From Raillietiella orientalis (lineage: Eukaryota): a stretch of DNA of 64,000 bases. A model generated the notes under the pieces. The model was given only the letters and a program-made list of their open reading frames with translations. It had not been told where the DNA came from and made no database searches. Positions within the stretch are counted from its first letter, which is position 1. The number at the start of each line of letters is the position of its first letter. The stretch covers positions 1,922,001 to 1,986,000 of the forward strand of contig JAYWIR010000026.1 of NCBI GenBank assembly GCA_036172245.1, in the 5' to 3' direction. Of this stretch, positions 50,048 through 60,900 are shown piece by piece. Position numbers and translations under genes: made by a program.

Positions 50048-51900
50048 CCCTGTGACCTCGGTCGAACTCGGACGCTTTTAAGGAAGGCACGGAGCGACGG
50101 AGGGGATGCTCAGGATGCGTGCAGCTTCCGGATCAAGGGATTCCGTCCCCTTCTCCCCTCTCTCCTCCGATTCCGGAGGAGGAGAACGAAAAGGGCGGCT
50201 CCTCGGCTCGGGAAAAAAGAAGAAACCGGTTGGAGCCACCCGTCGGAGGACGGCAGAGCAGGGGACGCCCACCCTGAGCGTCCCGCGATCCCAGCAGCAG
50301 CGCGCCCTTCCATACATGCAGCAGGGTCGGGAGAGGGGGAGAGGGCGCGGCGGCGCTCCTCACTACTCCCACGAGCGGAGAGGCTACGTGACCCGCACAC
50401 GCACACCCCTCCCTCCTTTCTCGCAGAGAAAAGGAGGGGAGGAGAGGATGGAGATAGCGAGCACGTCTCTCGCTACCTCCATCCTCCCCTCCCCCTTCCT
50501 CGCGTCCCGACGCAATGCGGAGCGCCACGAAGAGGAGGACGACCTGGAGGAAGAGCCGCAAGCGGTGTCTCGCTCGGTCCAGGAGGTGCTGGGAACGAAA
50601 ATGCACCCTGCGCGCGATCGACCCTGGGGAGAGTGGCGGTGTGTAGTTGGACGGATGCTCCGCAGAGGGCAGCGGCGGCGGCGGTGACGACGTGGCTGCC
50701 GTGTTTCCCTGTGGACCGCGTGCCTCCCCCCCCAGTCACTCCACCTGTCCCCGACGGACGAAATGGCAGAGCCGAGGCCGCGGGTTCGGCGAGAGGGCTG
50801 AAGGCGTGGGGAGCGCGCGCGCGCGCAGGAGCAGGGTAGCTGCGAGAGGGGCGCGCGTGCGCGGCCCGTCCTTGAGCCGGGCGATGCGCGCGCGCGCGCA
50901 ACGGCAACGGCGGCGGCACCCACTCATCGGCGTTCCGTTCCGTTCCCTTGGCAACCCTCCGAAAGGGCGTGCCGGCTGCCGCGCCCCTTCTACGCCACCG
51001 CCTCCCGCGCATCCTTCTCCTGCAGAAGGCGCCCGTCGCGCGGGGGAGTCGCAGCTTCCGCTGCCGAGGGAGAGTGTTGCTCGCTCTCCCCGCGGGGTCT
51101 CTTCGACGCCTCCAGGCAGGGGAGCTCCCCTTTCGTAGCGCGGCGGCGGCGGCGACGCCACCCGACTGGAAGGCGGCAGCGAGGAGCCGAATGAGGACGT
51201 GATCGCGCAGGCTGGAAGAACGGGTAGGCTGGAGGTGGTAAGGCCACCGGGAAGTGGAAAGACGGAAGAAGGTGACCCTCTCGCAGCAGCAGCGACCCCG
51301 CCGGAAGTCCTTCCTTTCACGCCGGCAGGCGCCGGGGATAGCCACGAGCGTTACCCGTGGGAACAAAGCCGCCGCCCTTCCTATTGTCGGGAGCTTCCCT
51401 TTCACCGCTCCCCGCGCGGCGGCGGGGCGACCTCCTTCTGGAGTTTTCGTCCCGCAAGAGGGGGGAGAGGAGCCGGGACAAAACGGCTGGGTCCGGGAGA
51501 CGAGGGCGGGGAAGGGCTCGCTCCCTCGCGTTTATGGCGGGGTCGGGCGCCCCTTTCCCGGCGAGGGTCGGTGCCGCTTCCGGCTCCTCACGACTCCCCT
51601 TCGACGCTCTTTCGGGGAACCGCCAGTCTCTCGGCGGCAGCCTCTGGAAGAAGGGGAAGCTGGATTCCTGATTTGTGGGCCTCGTTCGCGGTACCCTGGC
51701 TTCCGGGAGGCACTCCAGATGTCCGAGGGCTCTCGGTCGCCTGCTTGCTCCCCCACCCGTCCCTCTCCGCTCTCTCTCGCGCGCGCTGGCGCGAGCGTAG
51801 AGAAAGGAAGGGCGGAGAGGTGTGGCGAGCGTCGCGGCTCAGCACGCGGTCAGCGCCCGATGGTGCCACGTGTCTCCAGCAAGCGGCCACTAGCTACCCG

Positions 51901-51921
51901 CAGCAGCAGCAGCAGCAGCAG
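51901..51921. repeat. (CAG)7 microsatellite
   Basis: cagcagcagcagcagcagcag. Confidence 0.95.
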
Positions 51922-53937
51922 TGGCGACTTTCTATGGCAGACAGCAGCACCTCGGCTTTGTCCCGGACCGGAAGACCGCCGACCCCCAGAGTTTCTCGTC
52001 GAAACGCTCTCGAGGAGCGCAGGCGCTGCGCGCCACCGCCTTTCCTCTCGCGCTTGCGCAGTGGACCCGCTGCATCCGGCGAGGGAGACGTCTCGTGCAG
52101 CTCACTCGCGCCTCAGAGGGGGGAAAATCCTGGAAGATCGACGGCGTGCCGCTACCCGGGCACCTTTCCGTCGCCAGCCCCCGCGAGAAGGAGGGGAAGG
52201 GGGAGTCCGGGACCTGGTGAGTCAGGACCGAACTCTCTTGGCTACATCCACGCAGATGGGGGAGGGGGACGATGGCTGCGTTCCAATGGGAGGAAGGCGA
52301 GGAGACAAAAGTCGCCGTCAGCAGATGAAAGAACCCGCAGAAAGCCATGTGTCGATGCGAAAAACTAATTTTGAAAAACGGGGAAAGGGGGAGAGAAGGA
52401 GGAGGAGGAGATCACGGCGTGGGACGTGTGCAGAATAATCCCTCCGCATGCCTTTTAGTCCCGTCAATTTCGGGATACTCCACTCACAGTGGCCCCGGAC
52501 AACGAACTCTTGACTTATCTGAGCGTCATAAATTATCCAGCGGCATCACCCATTTTCTAAACCATTAGACCGGTGGAGAGAAAAACCGAAGCAGCGAAGG
52601 AACCTCTCCTCTTCCGGAAGAAGTGCTGCGGGCGAGCTACCTGCGAAGAACTACCACTCGTCGGCTTTTTGTTCTTCATCACCAGCCCCCCTCCAGACCT
52701 GTCAGGGCCTGGGCACTTCTTTCCGCTCGGGGAGGCGGTGTGGCACCGCACACGAGGGCGGCAGAGCGCAGCAGCCCACCTTTGCCCACATCGCCGACGC
52801 CGCAGTCACGGGAACAGCAGAGGGAAGGGCACAAGCAGCGTACAGAACGAAGGAGGGGGACATCGCGCGAACTCTGCAGCGCTGCCCCGCCGCCGTGAAC
52901 CGCATCCCGGGAGGAGATGCTGAGGAAAAGGAAGAAAAGCACCACTTCGATGCCCGAAGTTTCCACACAGTCCGGGAGAGGAAAACGAGGAAGGCATCTG
53001 GGATTTCGTCGGGAGATCGCTTAGCAACAGCTCCGGCGAGTCGCGCCTGAAACTCTTGCTTGATTTACGTCCTCTGGAACGGCCCGGGAAACTGGAAGGA
53101 TACCAGAAACAGGGGAATAAAACCGGCCACAGCCTACAGCCTCTAAAATAGGACGCATAAATGCATATCCCTCCCTCTTGTCCCGAGAGAAGGCGCGCTT
53201 ACTCTGAAGGAGAGGACGTTGCAAAAAAAGAAGAAAAAGAACGGAAGAGGAGAACGTGTTAAGTGATGAGCACAGGAGGGAAAAGGCTTACCAATTCTGA
53301 TTCGGTTGCGTGCGGGGACTGCATGGGTTCGGCGGAAGTTCCCGTTGCCTAGCAAAAAATTCCGCGGTAACCCTTCTTCAGCTGTTGCTGAAGCGAGACA
53401 TTGTTGAGCCGCGTCACACCCGCCAGAGGAATGATTGCGGTCTGTTGCACGCGGTCTTTTTTTGGATCCCATTGTTGCGCGACGTTTCCCTGACAACGTG
53501 GCAAGCTCTCGCTTCGGTTCGTGTTCCGGTGCGCTTCACCTGCCCGACAAATAACCGTCTGTCTGTCGCCGAAAATTCTTACGAATCCGCAAAAACGAGC
53601 CAGCCGCGCTCGCGCCAGTTGGTGCTGCGACTGGCTCGATCCTCGATCCGTTAGGGTTTGTGCGTGTGCGTGCGCGTTTGTAGTGCATTTCCGGCACACA
53701 TGTCGGGCCGCTTCAGTCTTCAAACGCACACACGCGAAAATGTTGGGATCCTGACTTCCCCCGGTGCTGGTCCGTTTGGGAGCGTCGCCGCACTTTTTCG
53801 CGCCTTTGCCAGGCGGGTCGCTGCAACGGAAATTTTTATGGACGGTCACTTGGGGTGGCGGCAGCAGGCGCATGTTCCCTCCCGCTCAGCCCGCGCCGTG
53901 CGAGGCATCGCACCACGATATGCGTGCCCGAGGAACG

Positions 53938-53973
53938 CCGTGGCGGCATATCCGTACGGATATGCCGCCACGG
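53938..53973. repeat. Perfect 36-bp palindrome with no spacer
   Basis: ccgtggcggcatatccgt|acggatatgccgccacgg; the ORF track reads VAAYPYGYAAT on both strands. Confidence 0.98.
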
Positions 53974-54025
53974 ACGTAAGGAGGGGACCGGAGACAGCAC
54001 ATCCTGGGATAAAAAGGCGCGTGAT

Positions 54026-54049
54026 GCTCCCGGTTGCGAAACCGGGAGC
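54026..54049 (+). other. Perfect 10-bp stem with GCGA (GNRA) tetraloop
   Basis: gctcccggtt-gcga-aaccgggagc. Confidence 0.85.
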
Positions 54050-54326
54050 CGCTGCTACCCGACGATCAACGCTCAGATTACGCAGCGGGGACGGCGATTT
54101 TTCGATAAGCTTCATCTGCGCTCTCTCCCTTCGACCGCCCTAAACTTCTTGCTCGCCGACCAACGATCTTCCTAGCTCGAGGATCCGAGCGACGTCACGG
54201 AAAGAAGGCGCCGAGGAAGCAGATGATTCTTCGCATCTGCTGTACCTTCGCTTCGCAACCAGGAGAACCCGGAAGGAAAAAAAAATCAGGAGCGGGCGCA
54301 GCTTTCGAACACTCTCGGTCTCAACA

Positions 54327-54370
54327 CCGGAAGAGGAACCCATGCGCCGTGATGGTTTCGCGCCATCTTG
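54327..54370. promoter_or_regulatory. Promoter-like motif cluster (ETS, E2F, YY1)
   Basis: ccggaag 54327-54333; tttcgcgc 54356-54363 overlapping cgccatctt 54361-54369; lies in a lower-GC island without LINE motifs. Confidence 0.3.
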
Positions 54371-54899
54371 AACGTAGAGGGAATTCTCCCCACCCCCTTC
54401 TCCCCGAGAGGGCAGAGAGAACGGGAAACGAACTGGCGCGATTCCTCTTTGGATCGACCGAAGCCCTTCGACCGCTGCCGGCTCCTTCAGATGTATCTTC
54501 AACGCATCTTCACAGTGAAGACGTCCGTCGAGAAAACGGGGGGGGGGGGATCCTGGCACCGACTCCATTTCCGGAGTTCCTCTCCTCTTTTCCCCTGCTC
54601 CCAGCAGCCGAAAGAGAACGGGATTGATTGTTTGTGGTGATGAAGGTCAAGACGTCACATCGCTCAAGGGGGAAAAGAGGGGAGAAGGAAGGGCAGAGGG
54701 TCACGGGATGAAAAGGAGGGCCCGATCTCACTGCAGCGCTCTGCCCGGAAAGGGGACGACACCGCAGCTGCTCGGTTGCGGCCGTCCTGACCCGGGAAAG
54801 GAAGAGTGGCCCACGCTGCTCCTGCGCCGCTGCCCGAGCAAGTCGCCTCCGGTGCATTCCTAGAAAGAAGAAAAAAAAAAACAAGTTCGTGCGAACACG

Positions 54900-56100
54900 A
54901 CCCCTTCTTGCCTTCCGCGTGCTTCCTCCAGTTAATCCCACTCCAGACGGCACCTTCCTTTTCCGCTTCTCTTCGGCCCTTTTGCTCTCTTCTGACAGCC
55001 CCTCCCTTCGGCTCCTCCATGACGCAGTCCTTTCGGCCCTTCCTTTCGGAGGCAGGAGAGGATTCGAATAAGGGTGGAGGTTCGGAGGCTACCGCAGTCG
55101 TCTAGACGGCCAGTAGGAGCCGGCGTTCCCCGGCGACGGACCCGGGACACCCGAGCTCATCAGGCAAGTTTCCAGGATTTCCCGACCCTTTCGGCAAAGC
55201 TTCTTCCCAGAAGCTCTCACTGGGGGGGACGAGACCCTCGGAGAGAGAATTCCCAGGGAAGGAAGGGCGCGCAGGAATCCCTTGCATTCCCCCCGCGTCG
55301 ATTCTTTACGATCTGTCGTTTGGACACTTCCCCGGGAGTTCCTCCCCACTCCGCCTGGGGAGCCCCGCGCTAGACTCCCCGCCGCGCCCGTCCAGAGGCG
55401 TCCGGTTGCTGCCGCCGGGACACCTGGGCTCGTTTCCCGGGTTTTTCCGCGGCGGCGTTCCCGCCTTCGTCTCTCCCAGAGACCTTGAACGCCTCCAGCG
55501 GACGGGGAAGTAAAGAAAACACTTCCCCTCCTCCGCCTTGACCTCCGCTTCGGGAACCGACAGGAAGAAGGTCGGCGGGAGCTCCCGGCAAGCTCTCATT
55601 CTTCCCGCTCTGCAGAGGTTCTCCTCCCGGATGCAAGCAGGGAGCAGCACCGCATTCCCAACGGGGAAAACCAGAGGAGGGCGCGGTCCATCGTTCCGGA
55701 AGCTCCCTCGAGAGGGCGAGGCTTCTTTCTGGGAGAGTCTCGTGGGGAGGGAGAGATTGGCTCTGCGGCCTCGCCTCCGCTCCAAAAGGGACGGGCCCGC
55801 AGAGGGAGGGCAATGCCTTACCAAAGAGATCCTCGAAGCAGAAGCAGGGCTGCAACCCTTCCCCAATTTCCTTTCTCCCTCTCCGCAACGCTCCACGGGT
55901 GAAGGGGAGGCGCGCTCCCGTGGCCGGCAAGATCAAACTGTCCCACGACGCCCCGTACTAGTGAGATCCGTCCGGAACTGCCCCGCGGTGACATCTGCAG
56001 AGCGTCGCCAGAACTTCGCCCGCCCGAGGATGCTGCAGCGGCGTATCCGAGGGATCCCAGCAAAGCAGTTATTCGTCTCCCCATTACCCCTCCCACCTTC
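54900..56100 (+). mobile_element. Decayed LINE post-RT region
   Basis: FLSEAGEDSNK ~55040 (FxxxSGxxINxxK); ASFWES ~55721; PAEGGQCL 55796-55819 (PxxEGGQGL). Confidence 0.4.
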
Positions 56101-57499
56101 AGGGGACGACCTCTTCCTTTGCCGCACCCATTCGCAGGCGGGGACATCCCGTCTCCCTCCGCGATCTTCGCTTCTACCCTCCTCCCCCGGCACGGAAGGA
56201 AGGGGGGGGCTTGAGGAACCCACAGCGATGGCGGCGGGGTTCTTTTCTCCTCGGCCCTTCCCTACCCTCCTGCTGATTCCGCGCAGCCGTGGGGGTGTGG
56301 CAGGAGAGCGATGCTACGGCGCCTCTCTGCACCCCCGCGCACGAGCGCTCCGCGCGGATGGACGAGAGGCGGGATGGAGGGGCGAAAGCTGAGGGCGTCT
56401 CGGAGGAAACACGCCACCTGGAGTCTCGCCAGATCGCCCCGCGAATCTGCGACGGGGAACTCTCTTGAAGCGCGGGCCCTCTTCCTTCCCGGCGGCGGCA
56501 GGGACGCGCTGTCCTTGGAAACGCGGAGGGGGGAGGCGGCGGAGGGCGCTGGAGGCGAAGGGCAGGCGAGGGGCGCGCAAGGGGAAGAGAGACCCTGCAC
56601 GCTCGTTCTAGGAGCAGGACTTCCGGTTCCCCCCCTTTCTCCCTCGCCTACGCGCCGCGCTCTGCAGCTTCCCCCCCGAGGGGCGAGCCCGCGGGGCTCG
56701 TCCCGTCCGCTTCCCCTCGCAGGAGGAGGAAACCGTCCGTCCCGAGAAGCGCGCGCGCGGCGCCGCCCTCATGGGGCGGAGGAATCGTCTCTTGGGGCAC
56801 CGCCCGGAAGGAAAGTAGGCCGCCGCCGCCACTTCAAGAGCTCCCCTTCAGAGGGGGTCACGGACGACTCGCACCCGGCGCTTCCTCGTCCCCTCTCCTT
56901 TCTCGAGGATCTGCGGAGCCGTGTAGGGAAGGGTCCCAACCTGACTCCAAGCTCATTGCCTCCCCAGCGTCCGCACCGAAGGCCACGCAGCCTCAGGGAG
57001 CGGCGACGGTGGGGCGAGTGACGCCTTCCCTTCCTTCCTCGTGTACGCGCCCCGGGGCGCACGGGGCGGGACGACCTCTTCCGCGCCGGGGTCACTCTGT
57101 AGAGAAAGACTGGCTCTCCCCCGGCTGGGTGAGGGAGAGGAGAACGCCGCCGCGGGTGCGCGTGACTGGGCTACCCTCTCGGAGGACGCTCGCGCGCGCG
57201 TGCACTTGAGAACGGTACGGGCAAGGCACGCGGATTCCCCCCTGGCGGCAACGCCCGAGGCGAGGTCGTCGCTCCCCGCGTGCCGTCGGCGGCACCGACA
57301 CCTACGAACGGAAGTAGAGGGGAGGCAGGGTCTCCGCCCACCTGGTTCCCTTGGTCCCCGGGGGGCTGCGGCGCCCCAGGAGCCTTCGCAGGACTCCAGG
57401 CGTTTTGCCCTCGGCCCCGTCGCGGTTTCTCCTTCCGAAATGTACGTGCGGGGGAGAGTACCTTCTCCCTTCCTCCCTCCCCTCTACACAGGCTCCCTG

Positions 57500-57990
57500 G
57501 AAGCCTCCGCTCCATGCCCCCTCCCCAGGCAGACCAAGCACAACCCTCCCCCGCATGGCTCAGGCACCTGGCTGATGTTCCGAGGGCACCACTCCCCCTC
57601 GTCTCTCTTTGCCTTCGCCCCCTCCACAAGCGGCGAATGGGGACGTCCCGATCCGGTGACCTCAGTTTCCGGATTCCGCTCCGAGGTCAAGAACCCGCGC
57701 GCCGCGAGCAGCGCGCTCTTCGCTCCACCGGAACCTTCAGGGGCTTGGGCTGGATGCCATGGCAATCCCCGACCCCTCGGCAGCGCTCGTGCCACCCGCA
57801 GCTCCTTGGAGGCCTTCCGGGCACCGGGAGGAATGCCGGGGGTTTCTTGCGGGAGGACTGGCGCAGCGATGCCATCCTCCCCCTTTGACTTTTTTTCCGG
57901 CAGCGGAAGAAGTTGCACTGCTCTCGACTTGAGCACGGGAACATCGTAGGGCTGCTCATCTTCCCCAGTTTCAGAGAGTTGGACCGCCTT
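57500..57990 (+). mobile_element. Decayed LINE RT core
   Basis: QADQAQ...RHLADV ~57526; ASSALFAPPEP ~57705; SDAIL ~57865; HGNIVGLLIF ~57935. Spacing fits RT domains 3-6, but an alternative minus-strand reading exists. Confidence 0.35.
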
Positions 57991-60900
57991 TGCCCGGTAG
58001 GGAGTCCTCCGTCCATATCGCCCTCCCGAAGGGTGCGCGCCAGGCGGACGGATGAGAAGGCACATTCCTTCCGTCGGGAATGACGAGGGGCCGGCCCCCT
58101 CCCTGTTGGATCGGCCTCCCTACTTTGCCTTCCAGGGGAAGTGGGAGCAGCCCGGTAAGAGCGCTTAAAAGGTCCGACCCGCGTGCGAGGAGGGAAAAGG
58201 GGAGCTCCAGCGTAGTGAGCGTCTCCCCGGGAGACGACGGCGACAATTCGCATTTCGGGAAGAAGGGAGCCTCCGGCACTCGTTCCCCACAGCGAGCTCC
58301 CAGATGGGAGGGGGACCTCTCTCGCTCCCCCGGAGCGGGGCGAGCGCCTGGAGCGATGCTTCCCCCTCCTCTCTCGGGAATGCCCGCGTCCGGAAGCAGC
58401 CGCGACGGGCGGTGGTGGCGGCGTCCCTCCCTCTCCACATCTCTCCCCCCTCACCCGCCGAAGGGCTTCGTCCGCGGGCGAGTGCACGCGCGCCGGAGGG
58501 GAGCCCCCGCCTTCCGGAAGACCCTCCTTGATCCCGGGAACAAAAGGGGAATTTCCCTCCGGGACGCCATCGGCGCCGCGAACAAACTAAAAAAAAGTGT
58601 TCGGGCGAGGGGCGGTGCTCGCGCCCTCTCCGGGAGCGAGACGCTCGCCGTCGCCGCCGTCGCCGCGATCTCCAGGGAGACCGCCTGGGAGGGAGGAAGG
58701 GACTGGCGGCCGCTCTGCTCTCGCGAAGGCCGCTGCTGCCTGCAACGGCTTCACGTCGACGCTCCAGGGAGCGCGGCATCCGTCCCGTCGCCTGGGTACC
58801 CCGGGGGGGAGGGAATCCCGTGCGCGCGCAGCTGTGTGTCATCTGGCGAGCAGAGGCAGCCTCGGCAGCTTCCCCCCACTACCACCACCTCCCTTCTCGT
58901 TCCCTTCCTCCCCACGAAGCGATCCCCAGGGACGTCTCCTCGGTTCCTCCGCCTGCAGAGGGATCCGCGCGCCCGTGCCCTGCGTGGCCTCCCTCTCTCC
59001 TCGCGGTCCCTCCCTCCCCTTCTCCCTCCTCTTTTAGCCCTCCCACTCATTCTCTCCTTCCCTCGTCCCCGTGTCCCGCCTCCTCCTCTCCCTCCCTCTT
59101 TCCCTTCCCATCGGCGGCGGGCTGGGAGCGGCGGCGTTCCGGGGCAATGGGGCCGTGCGTTTCCAGGGAGACGAGTTGTTACCGCGTCGAAGGGGGAGCG
59201 GGAGGCGCTACTCCAGTGAAACGCAGCCTCTTTGCTCTTCCAGTTTCCCTCTCTCTCTCCGGTGCGCTCTCCGGTCGGTCTTCCCCGTCGTCTCCGTGGC
59301 AACGGCGTAGCGGCGAGCGTGCGTGCCTAACGCCGCCATCGCCACTGCCGAGGAGGGGCGGCTCCCCGTGCCACCGAGGCGAGAGTGAAGGCTGAGTGCG
59401 CGGACGCAGAGCCGATGGCAGCAACGGGAGGGATGCTCACCGGAGGAGTCGACCTTGAGAGGCGATAGAGCCGGAAGCGGGGGAGGTCTGCGAAACGGGA
59501 TGGGAGGGAACGGGAAGGGAAGAGGAGGACAAAGGAGGAAGAGACCGCCGGGTTTCTGCACCTTCCCGTCACCGACCCCCCCCCAGGGATCGGCGGAGGG
59601 TCCGAACGTGACTTCTGGAGCGAGGCCACACCCTGCTTCTCCTTCCAACAGTCTGCAATCCGGGTCGCGTCTCCCGGAGCTGCTGAGCGTCTTCCGGGAA
59701 CGAACAACGAAGCTCTGGACTACCGCTTGCAGTAACCCCTCGTTTAAAGGACCGCTGTCCCGGCGTGAGGAAGTCTGGGGGTCCGTCTCGGGCTCGTGGA
59801 GCCTCGTGGACTTCCTGCGGCGAGAGGGAGTACTCAGAAGGCCGCCGTGACGCCCTCTGTAGGCGGCGGACCACTCCCTTCGCTCTCGAGCGCCCTCGCC
59901 CTCCCCCTCTCCCTAGCGGACGCCACCAGGCCTCGAGGATGGAGGCGCTGGCCGCGGCTTTGCCGAGTCGCCTCGGACAGGCACCCGTCTATCCTACTGA
60001 GCCTCTTCCGGTTGTGGAAGAAGGAAGGGGGGGCCCTTCCTTCCTCCACAGGCATTTGCACCGAGTCGGCCGCCTCCCCAGGGTTTTCGCGCGCGACTGA
60101 GAGCCGCACAATCCGCGAGCCGGTGCTCGCCGTCCTGGCGGAGGCTGACGCGAGCGGGCGAGAGCGTGCATTCCGCGGGCGCCTGGACCCCGCGAGAGGC
60201 CGTGCGCTCGCATCCGTCAGCGCAGCGACCGTCCGTCGCTCAGAGAGACAGGCGGGAACGAGGAGCAGAAAACAGGAAAAGAAGAAAAACGCCTGCGGTG
60301 GCGGCCAAGGAGAGAACGCGCACAGGCCGCGTGGGCAAGGCTGGGCGTGCGGGCGGGCGGCCGGCTGCGGGAAGGAGGAAGCGCGGGCGAGGGAGGTTCG
60401 GAAGGGCGCGGGCGGACAGAGAGCGCCGCCTCCCCCTCGTCTCCTCCTCATGGCTTGGAACGTGGGAGCTCCGCCCGCGCGCGCGTCTCCGCGCACGCCG
60501 GTGACCCCTACACGCACGTGAAGAGGCCTGGCGGCCGGCGGCCCGAGGGCGACGGCTGGAGGGATGCGGGTCTTCCCTGAGCTCTACCGACCTCCCACTC
60601 GTCCCTCGCCCTTCCACATCTCCGACGAGAGGAGGGGAGTTGGCTGGGTGTCCTCCGGGAGAGACAGCGCCAGCAACGCCGCTGTTGTGACGCGGCGAAC
60701 CCTCCGGGAAAGTCATCCTCGCCTCCCTCCTTATCTCCGCCCGCTTCTCTTCCTCTGCCCGCCCACTGCATCGGCTGCTTTCCTCTTCCTTCGTGTCCCA
60801 AAGAAAAGAGTCCCTCCAGCGTAAGAAAACAACAACGTGACGGCCCTGCCCCTGAAGAGGCTTCCCGGCGCGCGCCCGTGCCCGAAGGGCTGCAAGGGGC

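Noticed and set aside
53650..53658. AACCCTAAC on the minus strand as a telomerase RNA template
   Set aside because: A 9-mer is plausible by chance in 64 kb, and I see no convincing pseudoknot or H/ACA end.
57484..58065. Minus-strand ORF read as RT start (RAVQLLPLPEKK...KAKRDEGEW)
   Set aside because: A + strand reading fits RT spacing at least as well. This shows how easily by-eye motif matching over-fits here.
59600..59850. LVDFLRREG as the C-terminus of another LINE clade
   Set aside because: Single weak motif with no supporting upstream knuckle.
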